This document shows, piece by piece, positions 63,917 through 64,000 of a stretch of DNA of 64,000 nt. Origin of the DNA: Octopus vulgaris (taxonomy: Eukaryota); contig OX597819.1 in assembly GCA_951406725.2 (NCBI GenBank), positions 61,752,001-61,816,000 on the forward strand, read 5' to 3'. Position 1 is the stretch's first letter. Each line of letters begins with the position of its first letter. The notes beneath the pieces are model-generated. The model was not told the DNA's origin. It saw only the letters and a program-made list of their open reading frames with translations, and did not search any database. The translations under genes were made by a program, and so were the position numbers.

Positions 63917-64000
63917 TTGAAATTATTACTAAAAGATGTCAGATAGCCGGCAATAGGAAGGTCATATGAACCTGCACCATGGCAAGGATCTCAAATGAGG

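Noticed and set aside
1-64000. CRISPR arrays, operons or prokaryotic defence systems
   Set aside because: Sequence is eukaryotic in character; no regularly spaced repeat-spacer array or gene-dense region was seen.

Overview
AT-rich eukaryotic, repeat-dense, essentially non-coding DNA (intron or intergenic). The SINE families and microsatellite load look like those I recall from Octopus genomes (inference, not verified). No intact protein-coding gene can be supported: most ORFs in the track are microsatellite or repeat read-through. The main feature is a decayed but architecturally complete Ty3/Gypsy LTR retrotransposon on the minus strand (~57.7-62.35 kb). It retains two diverged LTRs, a PBS remnant, a CCHC gag knuckle and protease-RT-RNaseH-integrase remnants, with several younger SINEs nested inside. 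Also present: decayed LINE and Tc1/mariner remnants, several modular tRNA-derived SINE families, piggyBac- and hAT-type MITEs, and a Helentron/DINE-1-like cluster. That cluster forms a near-perfect ~157-bp inverted repeat and has a 'flipped' subterminal hairpin. There are many short-range inverted repeat pairs and a few weak candidate micro-exons plus a possible promoter at the window start. I did not find convincing evidence for a wholly new biological system; the findings are mostly transposon-architecture and RNA-structure leads. Boundaries were read by eye and are approximate unless a TSD is quoted.
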